Source of the DNA: a virus
Virus record (IMG/VR): IMGVR_UViG_3300034375_013346
Location: 50,612 to 114,611 of that record
Direction: 5' to 3' (one strand)
Length of the DNA: 64,000 bases
Part shown: in pieces, positions 35,284-47,100 of the stretch
Layout of the letters: each line of letters opens with the position of its first letter
How positions within the stretch are numbered: the stretch's first letter is position 1
Program-made: the position numbers and the translations under genes
Notes under the pieces: model-generated
What the model saw: the letters and a program-made list of their open reading frames with translations, nothing else
Databases searched by the model: none
What the model was told of the DNA's origin: nothing

Positions 35284-36972
35284 TTAAATAGCCACTCCAC
35301 CGCCGCCGCCAGGAACAAATATCTCAGCACCACTAATCTGAAGCCATCCGGCAGCGACATTCTCGGAATCAGCCCAAGCTTCGTAAAAACAAGAATTATT
35401 TCCTGATATGAAAGTCAATCTTATCCTTTTACAGCCTTTCTTCAGCGGATTAATTCCATCAGCGTAGTTGTCCGGGATTGAAATATAAGCCTTATTCAGA
35501 GTTCCTGCTGATATTGCCCTTATACCACCAAATGATCTATTGGCATCATTTACCAGATATTCAATGGTCCTGTATTTTCCAGTCGTGTAATTAATCCAGG
35601 AGTAGCTGCTACCTATACTGAGGTAAAACCTACCTTTCCTCCCATCCGCAAATATCAAAGAAGGAGAAGTGGCTATTGCTGCTGGTTCTATGACTACCAC
35701 ATCTTCATTAGCAGCCACCGAAACATAATGGTAAGACTGACCGGAAAGGGTAAATGTCTGAGTGAAGGGGCTCGTAACAAGCTGGGTATATCTAGTTAGG
35801 GTTCCACCAGTAATACCAGAAGCTCCAGTTCGGGATCCAATCTGAAAAGCGTCTCCCATGGATCTTACCATGAAAGACTGCTCCCTGCTATGGCCAACCT
35901 GCGGAATGGTACCATCACCGCCTACTGCTATACCTCTACCTCCAGTGGTCCCAGCAAGGTAAGCTTGCGTCAAGTCAGCAACAGCATTATATGGGGTTCC
36001 TGATAAATTAACACTTATACCCTTACTGTGGTTGGTATTGTATCCTCTAAAGGCTTGATAGATTGAGCCGTAAAAAGGTATCAGATTTCTGTTACTAAAA
36101 GCAATATCAGGAGTAAGTCCGGAGTTTCCGCTAAAGCTCAGAGAAAACTCTGCAGAATTTGTTCTTAGATTTGACGATTCAATGTTTACATTTCCTGAGA
36201 ATGCATAGAGCTGTAAGTTAGTTCCAGTAGCACCAAGTTCAATAGAGCCAGAAGATTTTACATTTAGCAAATTGTTGCTCTGGGCGGTCACATTAGACCC
36301 AGTTGATCCAATGGACACCGAGCTACCTGCATATCTACTAAGATTCGGATTCTTCCATACCAGGGAATAGTCAGAACTAGACGATGACGCCCAGTAAAAA
36401 CCCGCTATATTACTTCTATCAGCAAATGGCTTATCCATACCGAAGATTGGGGATGAAGAATTAGCAGTAGAAATAAGAAGTTTAGCAAAATTAGGATTAA
36501 TATCCCCGGTGGTACCCTCCGAATCGGAAATAACCATGTATTTGTCTCCCGGAGATGAATTTATGACTACCGCATTATCTTCCACAGATCCAGCGGGACC
36601 AGATATTTCAGTCAAGGTACCAAAAATACCCGTGGTTTGTATAGTTTCTCCGGTGTAAACCCAATCAGTTGTATATTGGTAAACCTTCTGTCCTCCCGTA
36701 ATTCCCAGGTTTATCCAGATATCACCAGCCTGTGATATGACAGCAGATGGTTGATCTGGCGAGAAGTACCAATTTGCTGCTCTATCCCCGGTAGAACCTT
36801 GGGATCCATCTTCACCGGCTTGACCTATAATACCAGTAGCACCTATGGCTCCATCTGGTCCCATTTCACCTACTCCATTGAAATAAACTTGATTGAAATT
36901 CTGGTTTAGCTTGGACAACAAAACGTCTTTAGAATCTCCAGGTAAGATATATTTCGTATTAAATTGAGACAT
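35284..36972 (-). CDS. Tail fiber/appendage protein with short collagen-like segment
   Basis: GDS..V.LSKLN.NF head, Gly-X-Y run, WY.....GDIW; paralog of the next gene. Confidence 0.75.
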   Translation of the reverse strand: MSQFNTKYILPGDSKDVLLSKLNQNFNQVYFNGVGEMGPDGAIGATGIIGQAGEDGSQGSTGDRAANWYFSPDQPSAVISQAGDIWINLGITGGQKVYQYTTDWVYTGETIQTTGIFGTLTEISGPAGSVEDNAVVINSSPGDKYMVISDSEGTTGDINPNFAKLLISTANSSSPIFGMDKPFADRSNIAGFYWASSSSSDYSLVWKNPNLSRYAGSSVSIGSTGSNVTAQSNNLLNVKSSGSIELGATGTNLQLYAFSGNVNIESSNLRTNSAEFSLSFSGNSGLTPDIAFSNRNLIPFYGSIYQAFRGYNTNHSKGISVNLSGTPYNAVADLTQAYLAGTTGGRGIAVGGDGTIPQVGHSREQSFMVRSMGDAFQIGSRTGASGITGGTLTRYTQLVTSPFTQTFTLSGQSYHYVSVAANEDVVVIEPAAIATSPSLIFADGRKGRFYLSIGSSYSWINYTTGKYRTIEYLVNDANRSFGGIRAISAGTLNKAYISIPDNYADGINPLKKGCKRIRLTFISGNNSCFYEAWADSENVAAGWLQISGAEIFVPGGGGGVAI

Positions 36973-36990
36973 CAGATTTCTTTTTAGGTA

Positions 36991-38514
36991 TTATGTTACA
37001 GAGATAATTCCAGCGTCCCCCTGGTCGTTATTATAGAATATGGACAGATCAGAAGAAGTGGTACCTCTATAAAGAACCAGATCAACATAGACCGCTCCTG
37101 AGCTGAAAGCCACGCTATCAAAATTAATACCACTTGCCCCTGGGTTTTGCCCTGACACAGACCCAGATTTAACTACATAAAGGCCGTTTATTTTCTGAGC
37201 ACCTGTACCTGGATATACAATTCTAAGCTGCATGGCTGTATCGGGATTAAGATAATCACCCCAAGAGTCAGTGAGTCCGGCGGCATTAAAAACCAGATAT
37301 GCAACAGACCCAGTACCAGGGTTGAGGTCAACCTGCAAGAAGTTACCATTGTTTGCTCTGGTATAACCTATGAGCCACTGGTTATTTGTTCCTCCTCCTC
37401 CGGCACTACCATAAGCATTACCAGAATTTCCAGTAAATGTGGATGTTCCCTGTATCATTTTACTCCCCTCTATTCTTCCATCCGCTCTTACTCCGAAGTA
37501 TCTTGTTCCTGAAACCTTAAGATCCAATAAGTAAGAGGTGGTAGAAGTGGTATAGACATCAACAAATAAGCCACCGCCAACGGTGCCCGTGCTGGTGTTA
37601 ATTATCTCCATAACATAATTATTAGAAGGTGCATTAACCGTTACTGGACAATTAGTTACAAGATTACCAAGTCCTATGTAGAGGTTACTGGAATTAACAG
37701 TAAACACGCTCGCCTCACCGAAGATACTACCATTAGTGGATTGAAACTTCATAATCGATCCCGAAGTGAAAGTTGTGGAACCAGCGGACGTGATGTTTAG
37801 ATCTCCATTGGTACTCAAGAGATCCAGGGATCCTCCTGACTGGAGGGTAAGGGAATCTTGAGGAACCGTGAATAATAAATCATATGTTGTTCCTACTGGT
37901 GTTAACCATCTAAATTGCGGATGTCGATTATAATCTGCTGGGGTTCCGATACCGGATGCATTGGTTTTAGCAAATTCAACCAGAGGATAATCATTAGCAC
38001 CGTTTGTCGAAATAAGAAGCTTAGAATAAGTAGGATTTGCAGTGGTAGTTGTGGATATGGAATCGCTCAGAACCATCGTAGTTTTATCGGGGAATGGCGT
38101 ACTAAAAACTATCGCATCTTTATTTCCAGTTGGTCCTGATATACCCTCTACTAGCTTAAATGATTCCTGAGCCTTTAGGGTTTCCCCCGTATCAACCCAG
38201 CCAGAACTACTATATTGGAAAATCTTATTATCCTGTAGAGGATCCGCCCAATAGTCGCCGACAATTATAGGGTCTGATACTCCACCAAGAGGCTCAGTAC
38301 TTTGAATAAACCATTTCGTTCCCCTAGTTCCTTGTTGCCCAGGATCTCCCTTAGGACCAGCAGCACCCACAGGACCCTGAGGACCAGTTTTACCTCTGAT
38401 ACCTTGAGGTCCACCTCCATTGGAGACTATGGAATCGAAGTTGTTATTAACCTTCCTAATTATATCTTCCTGTGAATCTCCCTGGTTAAGGTTCGATATA
38501 TTCAAATTCGGCAT
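36991..38514 (-). CDS. Tail fiber/appendage protein with collagen-like repeat
   Basis: GDSQEDIIRKVNNNF, then GPQGIRGKTGPQGPVGAAGPKGDPGQQGTRG. Confidence 0.78.
   Translation of the reverse strand: MPNLNISNLNQGDSQEDIIRKVNNNFDSIVSNGGGPQGIRGKTGPQGPVGAAGPKGDPGQQGTRGTKWFIQSTEPLGGVSDPIIVGDYWADPLQDNKIFQYSSSGWVDTGETLKAQESFKLVEGISGPTGNKDAIVFSTPFPDKTTMVLSDSISTTTTANPTYSKLLISTNGANDYPLVEFAKTNASGIGTPADYNRHPQFRWLTPVGTTYDLLFTVPQDSLTLQSGGSLDLLSTNGDLNITSAGSTTFTSGSIMKFQSTNGSIFGEASVFTVNSSNLYIGLGNLVTNCPVTVNAPSNNYVMEIINTSTGTVGGGLFVDVYTTSTTSYLLDLKVSGTRYFGVRADGRIEGSKMIQGTSTFTGNSGNAYGSAGGGGTNNQWLIGYTRANNGNFLQVDLNPGTGSVAYLVFNAAGLTDSWGDYLNPDTAMQLRIVYPGTGAQKINGLYVVKSGSVSGQNPGASGINFDSVAFSSGAVYVDLVLYRGTTSSDLSIFYNNDQGDAGIISVT
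38320..38412 (-). repeat. Collagen-like Gly-X-Y coding repeat (about 10 triplets)
   Basis: GPQ GIR GKT GPQ GPV GAA GPK GDP GQQ GTR. Confidence 0.85.
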
Positions 38515-38558
38515 GTTGAAATCTTATCTTTGTTTATATATTCCAAATTTAACTGTCA

Positions 38559-41500
38559 TCAAATTTTCTCAATCTGGAATGTAAATGTTGTTGAATAATT
38601 GCTGCCAGCCTCCAGGGGTAACTCAAATGTGTACGAGAGCGAATTCCTCCTGGTTAAACGGTAATTATCGTTTAGATAATAGCGATACCTTACCCTATCC
38701 GGATTTATCAAATCACCCCTTAATAGTATCTCAGTGGAGGATAAATCAGTACCTGTTTTTTTAACATACATATCGAATGTTATCCCCTGATATATCGGGG
38801 CTATATTGTTATCGATGTAAGCATTAATATCATCCTCGATACTGTTAGGATCACCCACGCCATACTCGGAAATGATATTATCAACGAAAACTTTATCTAT
38901 ACCCGCATTGAGCAAATACCTTCTGAGTATTCTATCCAATCTAATAGATCCCACGAGCTTATTATTAAGATCATCCTTCTGCCAGAAAACCTCAACATCC
39001 GGGTATATTCCTTCATCCACAGATTGTAAATCCACACTACTAAAAGCAGTTCCCAACTGACCTACGCCTTTATTGGAATTGGAAGGACCGATATTCTGTA
39101 TCTGGGAAACCGAAGCTCTGGCATTATCATTTATGAGTTGTATATCAGTAGATCCCGAGATCCTAGATATTTCCAAAGTAATGAAGGTGTAAGATGTTAT
39201 TAAGTAAGGGGTCTGCATCATTTTCGATCCAAGGAAAGATTTATTTTCCCTCATAGATCTGGTGCCAGCAACTGGTGTCTGAGTTGTGGAATTGGAATAA
39301 AGGTTATAATATCCAGGGTCCCAAGAGGACAGAAATATGGAGAAGTTTTTCCTATCTATGGGGGTTTGTCCAATTAGGGGATAAACAGGACCGCTAGGGA
39401 GTTCTTCAGATGCACTCAGAATGTTACTTCCTCTATCTACCTTGCTATAATTAAGATTCTTTAATAGTCCGAAATCTTTTTTCTCTGGGGCAAATGTGCA
39501 GTTTCTATAAGATAGATCAGCAGCTGTATATCCGGTAACCGTATCACCCTTGTCTCCCTTATACCTGATCACTTTATCAAATAGCGGCTCATAGGAGCCA
39601 GCATATCTTAATATATCGGATGCATATGATCGGCCTCCGTCAGATATACGATATCCAGTTGGTTCAGTTTGTCCTAAAGTTTGTGGACCTGCATAGGACT
39701 TTATCGGGGCAAGCCCGGAGTTCCTTAAAAAAGAAGTGGGCTTTTCGAGACGCATAAGAAAGTTATTGGATCTTGACTTTGTTGATAATGTATCCTCGTC
39801 CCAGTAGTATGTTGTGTATGAGATGTATTGACTTTCAGAATTTACTCTCTCCGATATTTGGGAAAGGGAGATTCTTCTCATTATATAAGCCATATTATTG
39901 ACCCCCCCACCAATCTGGAAAACTGGGTTGCCTCGATAAGTACTTTGAGAACCAATCGGAACCGTAGCAGGACTGCTAAAAGCAAAAGGGATATCAAATT
40001 CATAATTGGTGCCTATAGGACCAAAAGACACAAGATTTTTAGATCTCCCTATCGGCCAAGGATACTTACTGGAAATAGCTGGAACGTCGAAACTTCCAGG
40101 GCCGGTTAAACCAAGAGATCCAGTTCCTCCCACAGGGTAGATAAGGTTTATCTCCTCTCTTAGATCGGTATCGTAAGATTGATTTGGTATTATGTAGATA
40201 AACCCGGGATTTGTCGTTTCCGTCACGGAGCTCGGAGATACCACGGAGAGATCCAAGGCTGAACTTAGTTTTACATCACTTAGTCCATAAAGTTGAAGCC
40301 CGCCGGCGACTCCTGCGGTTACGCCTATCTGCAAATCCTTCTTTTTATCAACCATACTGTATAATAATGTATAGTCAACAAAAGCACCAGTAGGTCCGGG
40401 ATCATTTAAATTAAATGCTCTATAGTCATTTACGACAATATTGCATATAAAGAGTATCGACTTCTGCTGGGTATTTTCTATGAATTCATAACTGACCGGA
40501 GACTGTATAGTATCAGGCGTCTCGTCGACTACTCTCAGGACTGCAGAAAATTTATAATCCTCAAAACCCCTGTAATTGGAGATAAATTTCTCAGAATCAG
40601 TAGTTGGATTAGCTACATTACTCTTCCTTTTTAAAGACATCTTTACCCCTCTAAACACAGTATCGTAATATCCTGTGGCCTGATTATAGAAAAAAGGTGT
40701 GAAAAGCTCCTTTGTGAAGTTATCTCCAGAATTGTAGGGTGATGGATAATCAAGACTATCCACAGTGAAGAAAGACGAGAAATAAAGATAATCGCTTGGG
40801 TCCGCACTCTGAATTAAATCCAGATCGACAGCACCAGGTAGATAATTCCTCTGGTCATTTATTTTATCTACGGGATACCCAGGAGGTATACCTTCAAGTA
40901 GCATCCATTCGTGGGTAAGATACTTAGGATCCGGGATTTCCCTCTCGAAACTCGGAGAAAAATTAGTGGGGCTAAAAGCTGGAGATACGTTCAATCTGTA
41001 AGAATTTCCTCTAGCGTCGGTTCCACCAAAATACCCCCATTTATTGATATACGGGACTATTTTAGATCTATTAGCCCTCCTCTGCGTGTAATTCTCTCTC
41101 AGGTATTCATACTCACTCTCTAGTTTTCCATATTCAAATAGAGCGCCCTTATTTTCATCAGATGGAACTTGTTCATCCGAATCTATAGATTGAATACCAT
41201 AAAATCCATCAAAAGCATCTAGATTTTCCTCAAATTTAATGGAGCCAACATCATAAATAGTACTAGGATTATCCCAGAAGACCTGGGTAAAAATGGCAGG
41301 AACTACAACCGAAGGAGTCCCGTCTATAGCTATCCCCTCGTCGTAAAAGATACTAACAGATGAACCTATAAAAGCAGATCCTGAGCCTAAAACCCTTTCG
41401 GACGGCAGTCCCCGATCAACCCTAACAGATCCTTTCATCACCAAATATTTGGCATTCTCCACTATCTGTCCGGAGACTCCCGGAATAAGGTCAAAATATC

Positions 41501-44084
41501 TGTGGTATTCCCCGGTAGGTGTTTGTCCATAGGAAGAACTCCAAAGATCGAAATCAAGAGTCTTAAGATCAAAGAATGAAAATACACCGCTATAAGATTT
41601 AGCTACATCAAAAACCTTAAATCTAGAATCACTACCCAGATCTATCTTGATCTTCTGATTACTAAGATTAGCAACCAATAGGTCCTGGAATCCACCAAAA
41701 CCAGTTACAGTTCCCGAGGATGTAATGGGATCTTCAACGTATCTTGATATTGACTCAATCATACCTATTCCTCCAGTAACTCCAGTTCCCTCGTCTACCT
41801 CTATCCAGTAGTCTTTTTTAACCTTATCTGAGTCGTCTATACTAAAGGCCACACGACATAATGGATAATCAGTTCCACCTGAGAAATAAACAACTCCATT
41901 AGTTTCGGAAGCATCTACGCCTCCTATTTTGACGTATCCCTCACTACTGAAAGTCGAATATGGAGACCAATCGTTGGAATCTACATTAGGGGGATTATTA
42001 GGAGATGATGATGTAGCTGATGGTATACCGGTAGATTCCGTAACCTCATAATATTTTCCTGCATAGAAAACTATGTCACCTAGAGAGAAAGCGGATGTCC
42101 CATTCCAAACACCAGCATAGGAGCTATTAAATGAATCATAGTCCTCGTACAGAACTATAGAAAAATTCCTATTTAGGGAATATCCGGAAGATTTAGAGGC
42201 AATCACAACCGAATTATCTGAGGTTGCACAATCCCAGACAGAGGTATCTATCGACTTTACACATTCAGCAAAAGAGTCTGCAAAGTCGGTTTTTTTCCCG
42301 TCCATCCAATTGAAGTAATGGTAATCTCCAGAGTTATAAGCCTTCCCTTTACCCCATCCGAGAACGCTACCAGAAAAGTTCCCGCTTCGTATTAGATCAT
42401 ACCTCCCGCTATCTTCTGAATATGTGCCGTTGGGCCAAAATATCTTAAAAACAACCTCGGAGGGTAAATCAAGTTTTTTTAGAAATTCCACATAGGAATT
42501 AGCTTTACCCCTAGTCCTGGGTAAAATTCCTGCATAATTTCCTATAAGCTCGTCCGCCCCAGTAAAGTTAGACAAATTCACAGATTTATCAAAAACAACC
42601 AAGCTACCAGTACTTGCACCAGTATTACCCGTTATCCCAAAATCCCCATTGTAATAGGGACCATATTTGGCATATTCGGGAGTGTTATTACTCCATGTTT
42701 TATTAGAAGAAATATAGTTCTCTGTCCTTTTTAGAGAATAAAATTTATCTCTTTTGTCCGTGATATAGTATAACTTCTGAGGATCATTTACGTTAACATC
42801 ATAGGAACCCGGTATCCATCCACTGGCGCCTTCATAATATAATCTAACCCCACCGGTACTGCTCTGGAACTGTGGCTTATTATTATAGTAGTAACCCGTA
42901 TTATTTCTAGAAGGCTTAGGAAGATTCAGGTTATTGTTAGCGTCTTTGAACCTATAAAAATAATCACCATTCAGCCTAAATTCACCCAGGTCATTACGGG
43001 AAACATAAAATCCAAAATACCTATTTATAGTATAGAGATCGGAATCCTGGTCATTGAAAAGAAACTCCAAATTTAGGAGTGATGGTGATATGATCCCATT
43101 TCTAGAAAACCCAGAGGTTACATAATCTTCAAAATCCGACTGAATCATAGAATTAGGAGAGGAGAGATAATCATAGTAAAACTCACCAGACCTGGTATAA
43201 ACTCCATCTTTAATCGATACCCCATTATAATAGGTATACGTATTATTCTCAAGGGAAAAATCTATGGGGTTGTACTTAAATCCTGGATCATTCACTATAC
43301 CACGGATATAGCTTCCTATAAGTGTATCCTCCCTTAAGTCAAAGGTGGCTACTACAGAGCAATTTGGCAAAATCTTGCTGTTAAAAAATTCCTCCACATT
43401 ATCAACATCAGGCTGATATTTTAGCTCTGTCATTTCAACTACCTTTCCAGTCCCAGAAAGAACGGAGTACGTGGGGTAGTTATCAACACCAGTAAACATG
43501 TCATCAGCTACATAAGATATAGGATCACCGAAGTTATCGATCGAGTATGATATGGAAAAAGTCTGTGGGGAATCCGGGTCCTGCACAAGCTTGTATTCCT
43601 TTCCTACAACTATTGTCTCCTGGTTAGTGCTGTATGGATATGAGAGGGGTTCAGGAACCTTGAAGACAACAAAGAATTCCGGAAGCTCCTTCCTTAACCA
43701 AAGGGGCTGGAAATATCTAAAATTCTCGGTATAATTCCTATCTATTAAAGTGGAAGCACCCGATCCATAAAAGAAATCATACTGCAGATCAAAGTTATCT
43801 ACCGCTTTATTCTCACCGTCAGTAAACTTACCAACTTCAAAGATTATATCATTAGGAACCGCCCCTTCCTCGAAAAAATTATAAACATCCTTAGCGTATG
43901 GAAGATTACCAGTTACCTGATATTTCTTAAACCTTTGGGAGCTAAGGGTCGGGTTAGCATTAAATGAATTTAACCACACTCCCCCGGTGGAATCTAAAGT
44001 GATCTTGAGATTCCCAGTCAGGAGAGGATTGGTTCTAAGAACCCCGAAGGATGTATTATAGTCAAAGAGTTTTGGTGAAGACAT
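38559..44084 (-). CDS. Large virion structural protein (1841 aa; baseplate/tail)
   Basis: Size, composition and position in the tail module. Confidence 0.65.
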   Translation of the reverse strand: MSSPKLFDYNTSFGVLRTNPLLTGNLKITLDSTGGVWLNSFNANPTLSSQRFKKYQVTGNLPYAKDVYNFFEEGAVPNDIIFEVGKFTDGENKAVDNFDLQYDFFYGSGASTLIDRNYTENFRYFQPLWLRKELPEFFVVFKVPEPLSYPYSTNQETIVVGKEYKLVQDPDSPQTFSISYSIDNFGDPISYVADDMFTGVDNYPTYSVLSGTGKVVEMTELKYQPDVDNVEEFFNSKILPNCSVVATFDLREDTLIGSYIRGIVNDPGFKYNPIDFSLENNTYTYYNGVSIKDGVYTRSGEFYYDYLSSPNSMIQSDFEDYVTSGFSRNGIISPSLLNLEFLFNDQDSDLYTINRYFGFYVSRNDLGEFRLNGDYFYRFKDANNNLNLPKPSRNNTGYYYNNKPQFQSSTGGVRLYYEGASGWIPGSYDVNVNDPQKLYYITDKRDKFYSLKRTENYISSNKTWSNNTPEYAKYGPYYNGDFGITGNTGASTGSLVVFDKSVNLSNFTGADELIGNYAGILPRTRGKANSYVEFLKKLDLPSEVVFKIFWPNGTYSEDSGRYDLIRSGNFSGSVLGWGKGKAYNSGDYHYFNWMDGKKTDFADSFAECVKSIDTSVWDCATSDNSVVIASKSSGYSLNRNFSIVLYEDYDSFNSSYAGVWNGTSAFSLGDIVFYAGKYYEVTESTGIPSATSSSPNNPPNVDSNDWSPYSTFSSEGYVKIGGVDASETNGVVYFSGGTDYPLCRVAFSIDDSDKVKKDYWIEVDEGTGVTGGIGMIESISRYVEDPITSSGTVTGFGGFQDLLVANLSNQKIKIDLGSDSRFKVFDVAKSYSGVFSFFDLKTLDFDLWSSSYGQTPTGEYHRYFDLIPGVSGQIVENAKYLVMKGSVRVDRGLPSERVLGSGSAFIGSSVSIFYDEGIAIDGTPSVVVPAIFTQVFWDNPSTIYDVGSIKFEENLDAFDGFYGIQSIDSDEQVPSDENKGALFEYGKLESEYEYLRENYTQRRANRSKIVPYINKWGYFGGTDARGNSYRLNVSPAFSPTNFSPSFEREIPDPKYLTHEWMLLEGIPPGYPVDKINDQRNYLPGAVDLDLIQSADPSDYLYFSSFFTVDSLDYPSPYNSGDNFTKELFTPFFYNQATGYYDTVFRGVKMSLKRKSNVANPTTDSEKFISNYRGFEDYKFSAVLRVVDETPDTIQSPVSYEFIENTQQKSILFICNIVVNDYRAFNLNDPGPTGAFVDYTLLYSMVDKKKDLQIGVTAGVAGGLQLYGLSDVKLSSALDLSVVSPSSVTETTNPGFIYIIPNQSYDTDLREEINLIYPVGGTGSLGLTGPGSFDVPAISSKYPWPIGRSKNLVSFGPIGTNYEFDIPFAFSSPATVPIGSQSTYRGNPVFQIGGGVNNMAYIMRRISLSQISERVNSESQYISYTTYYWDEDTLSTKSRSNNFLMRLEKPTSFLRNSGLAPIKSYAGPQTLGQTEPTGYRISDGGRSYASDILRYAGSYEPLFDKVIRYKGDKGDTVTGYTAADLSYRNCTFAPEKKDFGLLKNLNYSKVDRGSNILSASEELPSGPVYPLIGQTPIDRKNFSIFLSSWDPGYYNLYSNSTTQTPVAGTRSMRENKSFLGSKMMQTPYLITSYTFITLEISRISGSTDIQLINDNARASVSQIQNIGPSNSNKGVGQLGTAFSSVDLQSVDEGIYPDVEVFWQKDDLNNKLVGSIRLDRILRRYLLNAGIDKVFVDNIISEYGVGDPNSIEDDINAYIDNNIAPIYQGITFDMYVKKTGTDLSSTEILLRGDLINPDRVRYRYYLNDNYRLTRRNSLSYTFELPLEAGSNYSTTFTFQIEKI

Positions 44085-44104
44085 ATTTTTCCCTTTATCC
44101 TATC

Positions 44105-47100
44105 TTATCCAATAATCCGTGAGGAAGTAAAGTTTGGAGAAGAAAGGGTATCATTTTTATATTTTCCGGTAACTTCAACGTCAAATGAGAATGGACTCTG
44201 GTTTTTAACCTGTATATCTATCCCCGCTTTTTTAGTGTATGTAATATTAGTTGGGTTACCATCAGCTCTAAATCCTCCTATATTACCAAGAGCATCCGTA
44301 GCTCTAAATTGAAATATGAGAGGTACATTTATGGAACCGGAAGAATCCGCTATATTCTTGGTAGCTAGTTGTGTTGACCCCTCGACCTGGATAAGAGATG
44401 CAGTTGGTGGTCCAAGAAAGAGGTAAGCACCACAAGTGTATCTCCCGATTAGATATAAATCATCCTCAGTAAATCCTAATTTCTGTGGGTACATACCATC
44501 ATCTCTAACTGAAGCTGTTGGGCCAGTCACAAAATCTTCAGAGACTTCCTGATACCCTAGCTGCATAAAGTTACTTGGTAGAGTTGTGTCGACATAGAAA
44601 TAATCAGATTGCCTGAAATACGGGTAAACTACCACATCGTTACTAAAATCTGGTTTAACTAGATTTTCAAAATCTATTCCAGAGCCGGTATTTAGAATAG
44701 GGTGATTCTTATGTATACAGAACTCCGAAAGTGTTCCATTGCCAGCTGGGGTGTATGATCCGGTACTTCCGCTATATGTTCCATTCCAAACGTTAGCATT
44801 CGTACCAGAAGCTGTGGGGACTGAAGCAACCACGGGATCGAAGGGCAAAAGCTGGCTTCCATTCCTAGGTAAACCGTCCGTGTCCCCAGTATATGCATAT
44901 GAAGAATTAAAAGCGGATGGCTGGATATAGAGGTCGTTGTCTAGACCTACACTCCTCCATCTGGGATATAAATACTGGCTACTCGAATTACCCGAAGCAT
45001 ACGGTGGTGCCTGCCTGAATAATTGAAAAGAGGTATCAGTAGCCAGGGATGAACCTGGAACAACAATGTCCGACGGATTGAGTGATGTGATGGATATAGG
45101 AACCTCACCATATCTTAAATTTGTGCTGTATCCGGAAGGAAGAGGATAAGTACTATCAGTTCCTGCCAAAACACTTAATCCACCGGGCAAAATGGAGGAA
45201 AGTTCCAGCACACCCGCAGAAGAATTACTGATCCGGATCTCATAGATAGAGGAAGCTATTTTACCAGCGTCCCCACCAGCTGTAGTTGGTGTTTCATATA
45301 TCTGATTATAGAAACCTCCACTAATCTTGATAGTCGATCCATTCTCCACAATCTGAGAATTACCCGACGAGTCAACAATTGAGACCTCCAGAATTCCTGC
45401 TGCACTGGTGAGTCTTGCACTCAATGAGTTAATTTGGTCCTGTAACTCTGTTATCTTTCTGAGTAGATCAACCGGACTCCCTGAGCTATCATAGAATCCA
45501 CTCGCAATCGAGTCGGATCCGAGATAATAAACCTTATCACCCGTTGTGAACTGTTGAGAAAGAAGGCCATCGATTCCTTTTGAGGAAAGATCCTGTTGAA
45601 CCTGTAAAACTGCAGCATCCTTAAGGTTGTTATTCATATTAGCAGCAGTACTTTGTGTACTCGCATCCTCAGGAAAAGCTATAATTACAGATTCACTAAA
45701 ATCAGACATTGCAGGATTATCTGGCCACCCTGCTTCAGAGATGGATCTTATTCTGACCTCCACCCTCTCTCCCTTAGTTATGGGAATATCAAGCTGATTT
45801 ATATTTATATTATCAGCATTATCTGGCTGCTCCTCGACCCATACGTATGTTCCAGTATTGGGGTCATATACTTTTTGTCTGATCTCACTCTTTATCTCAT
45901 TCCAATTGGAAAAAGCCCCGGTTTTCTCCTGTCCGTTTTCATCAACATAGTTAATCTGATCCACTGCTGGGGAAGCCCCAGAATCGCTAAGATACCTGTA
46001 TTGTATCAGGAATTGTATAACATTCTGAGGACCAGTTAGAGGGCTATCCTTAGCTGCAGGCATTGCCCAAAACCCCCTGGCCCTATATTTCGGAGCCACT
46101 GAAATTTGAGGGGTGGATTCGGATAAAGTTGTTATATCAGAAACAACGGAAGTCAGCAATTGCTGTTTCTGCACCCTTTGTTCGGTAAGGGAGATTAAAC
46201 TAGCTTGTTGCGATTGATTAGAATTACCTGTTGTTCTAGAGGAGTTAGCACGCGAAATCGCATTAGAAGACCCAAGAACGGCAGAATTAGAAGCACTGTT
46301 GATTGAAGATCTCACTCTCGAGATGGAATTATCTATCTGGGATATTTCGCTCTGGAGTGTAGACTTTAGGGCAACCTTTTCATTCAAAGTTTGAACATCC
46401 GTTCCCTGAGTTAACTGCTTGTTTATCTGTACTACCTTGAAGTTGCTCGCAGATAAAACCGGTGGGTTGGGAAGCTCAGCATTAATAGCTGCTATTTTTT
46501 TCTCCTTAGCCATTCCTAGGAAAATTTGTCCTATATCAGCCACGTTACTTAGGTAAAACTGCTCTAGAGTTCTAACCCCAGATTGTGTATTTATATTGAG
46601 ATTATTACTAAAGAAAATTATACCAGTAGACCAGGTAGATCCGACTATATTATAGTTGTCGTCGATCTTTTTAAAGAATATTCCCTGTCTCTCGTCAAAT
46701 CCAATATTAACCTGTATAGTTCTCTCACTAAATTGAGTGGAAAGGAGAGTCAGAGTGTCACTTCCTATTTCTATAGGCTGATAGCCAGAAGTCCTTTTTA
46801 ACTGTACAGAAGTTTCCTCTATATTTACACTCGTTATACGGTATCTAGAACCATCAGCGGTTAGGAGGGTATCACCGACTCTCAATGTCTTACCGTCGGT
46901 TACATTAGTGGATGTATCCGTGTAATTTACCGTGGTAAGCTTATAATTTCTCCTTGTTTCCTCAGTGGATCTGCCATTAGCATCAGTAAGGGTCACAACA
47001 TCATCATAAAATGATATCACGCCGAAATTACCCTTGTTCCTGATGGTCCTAAGTGGAAGATCTATATTATCCTCATCGATAAAATATAATATTCCAGCAT

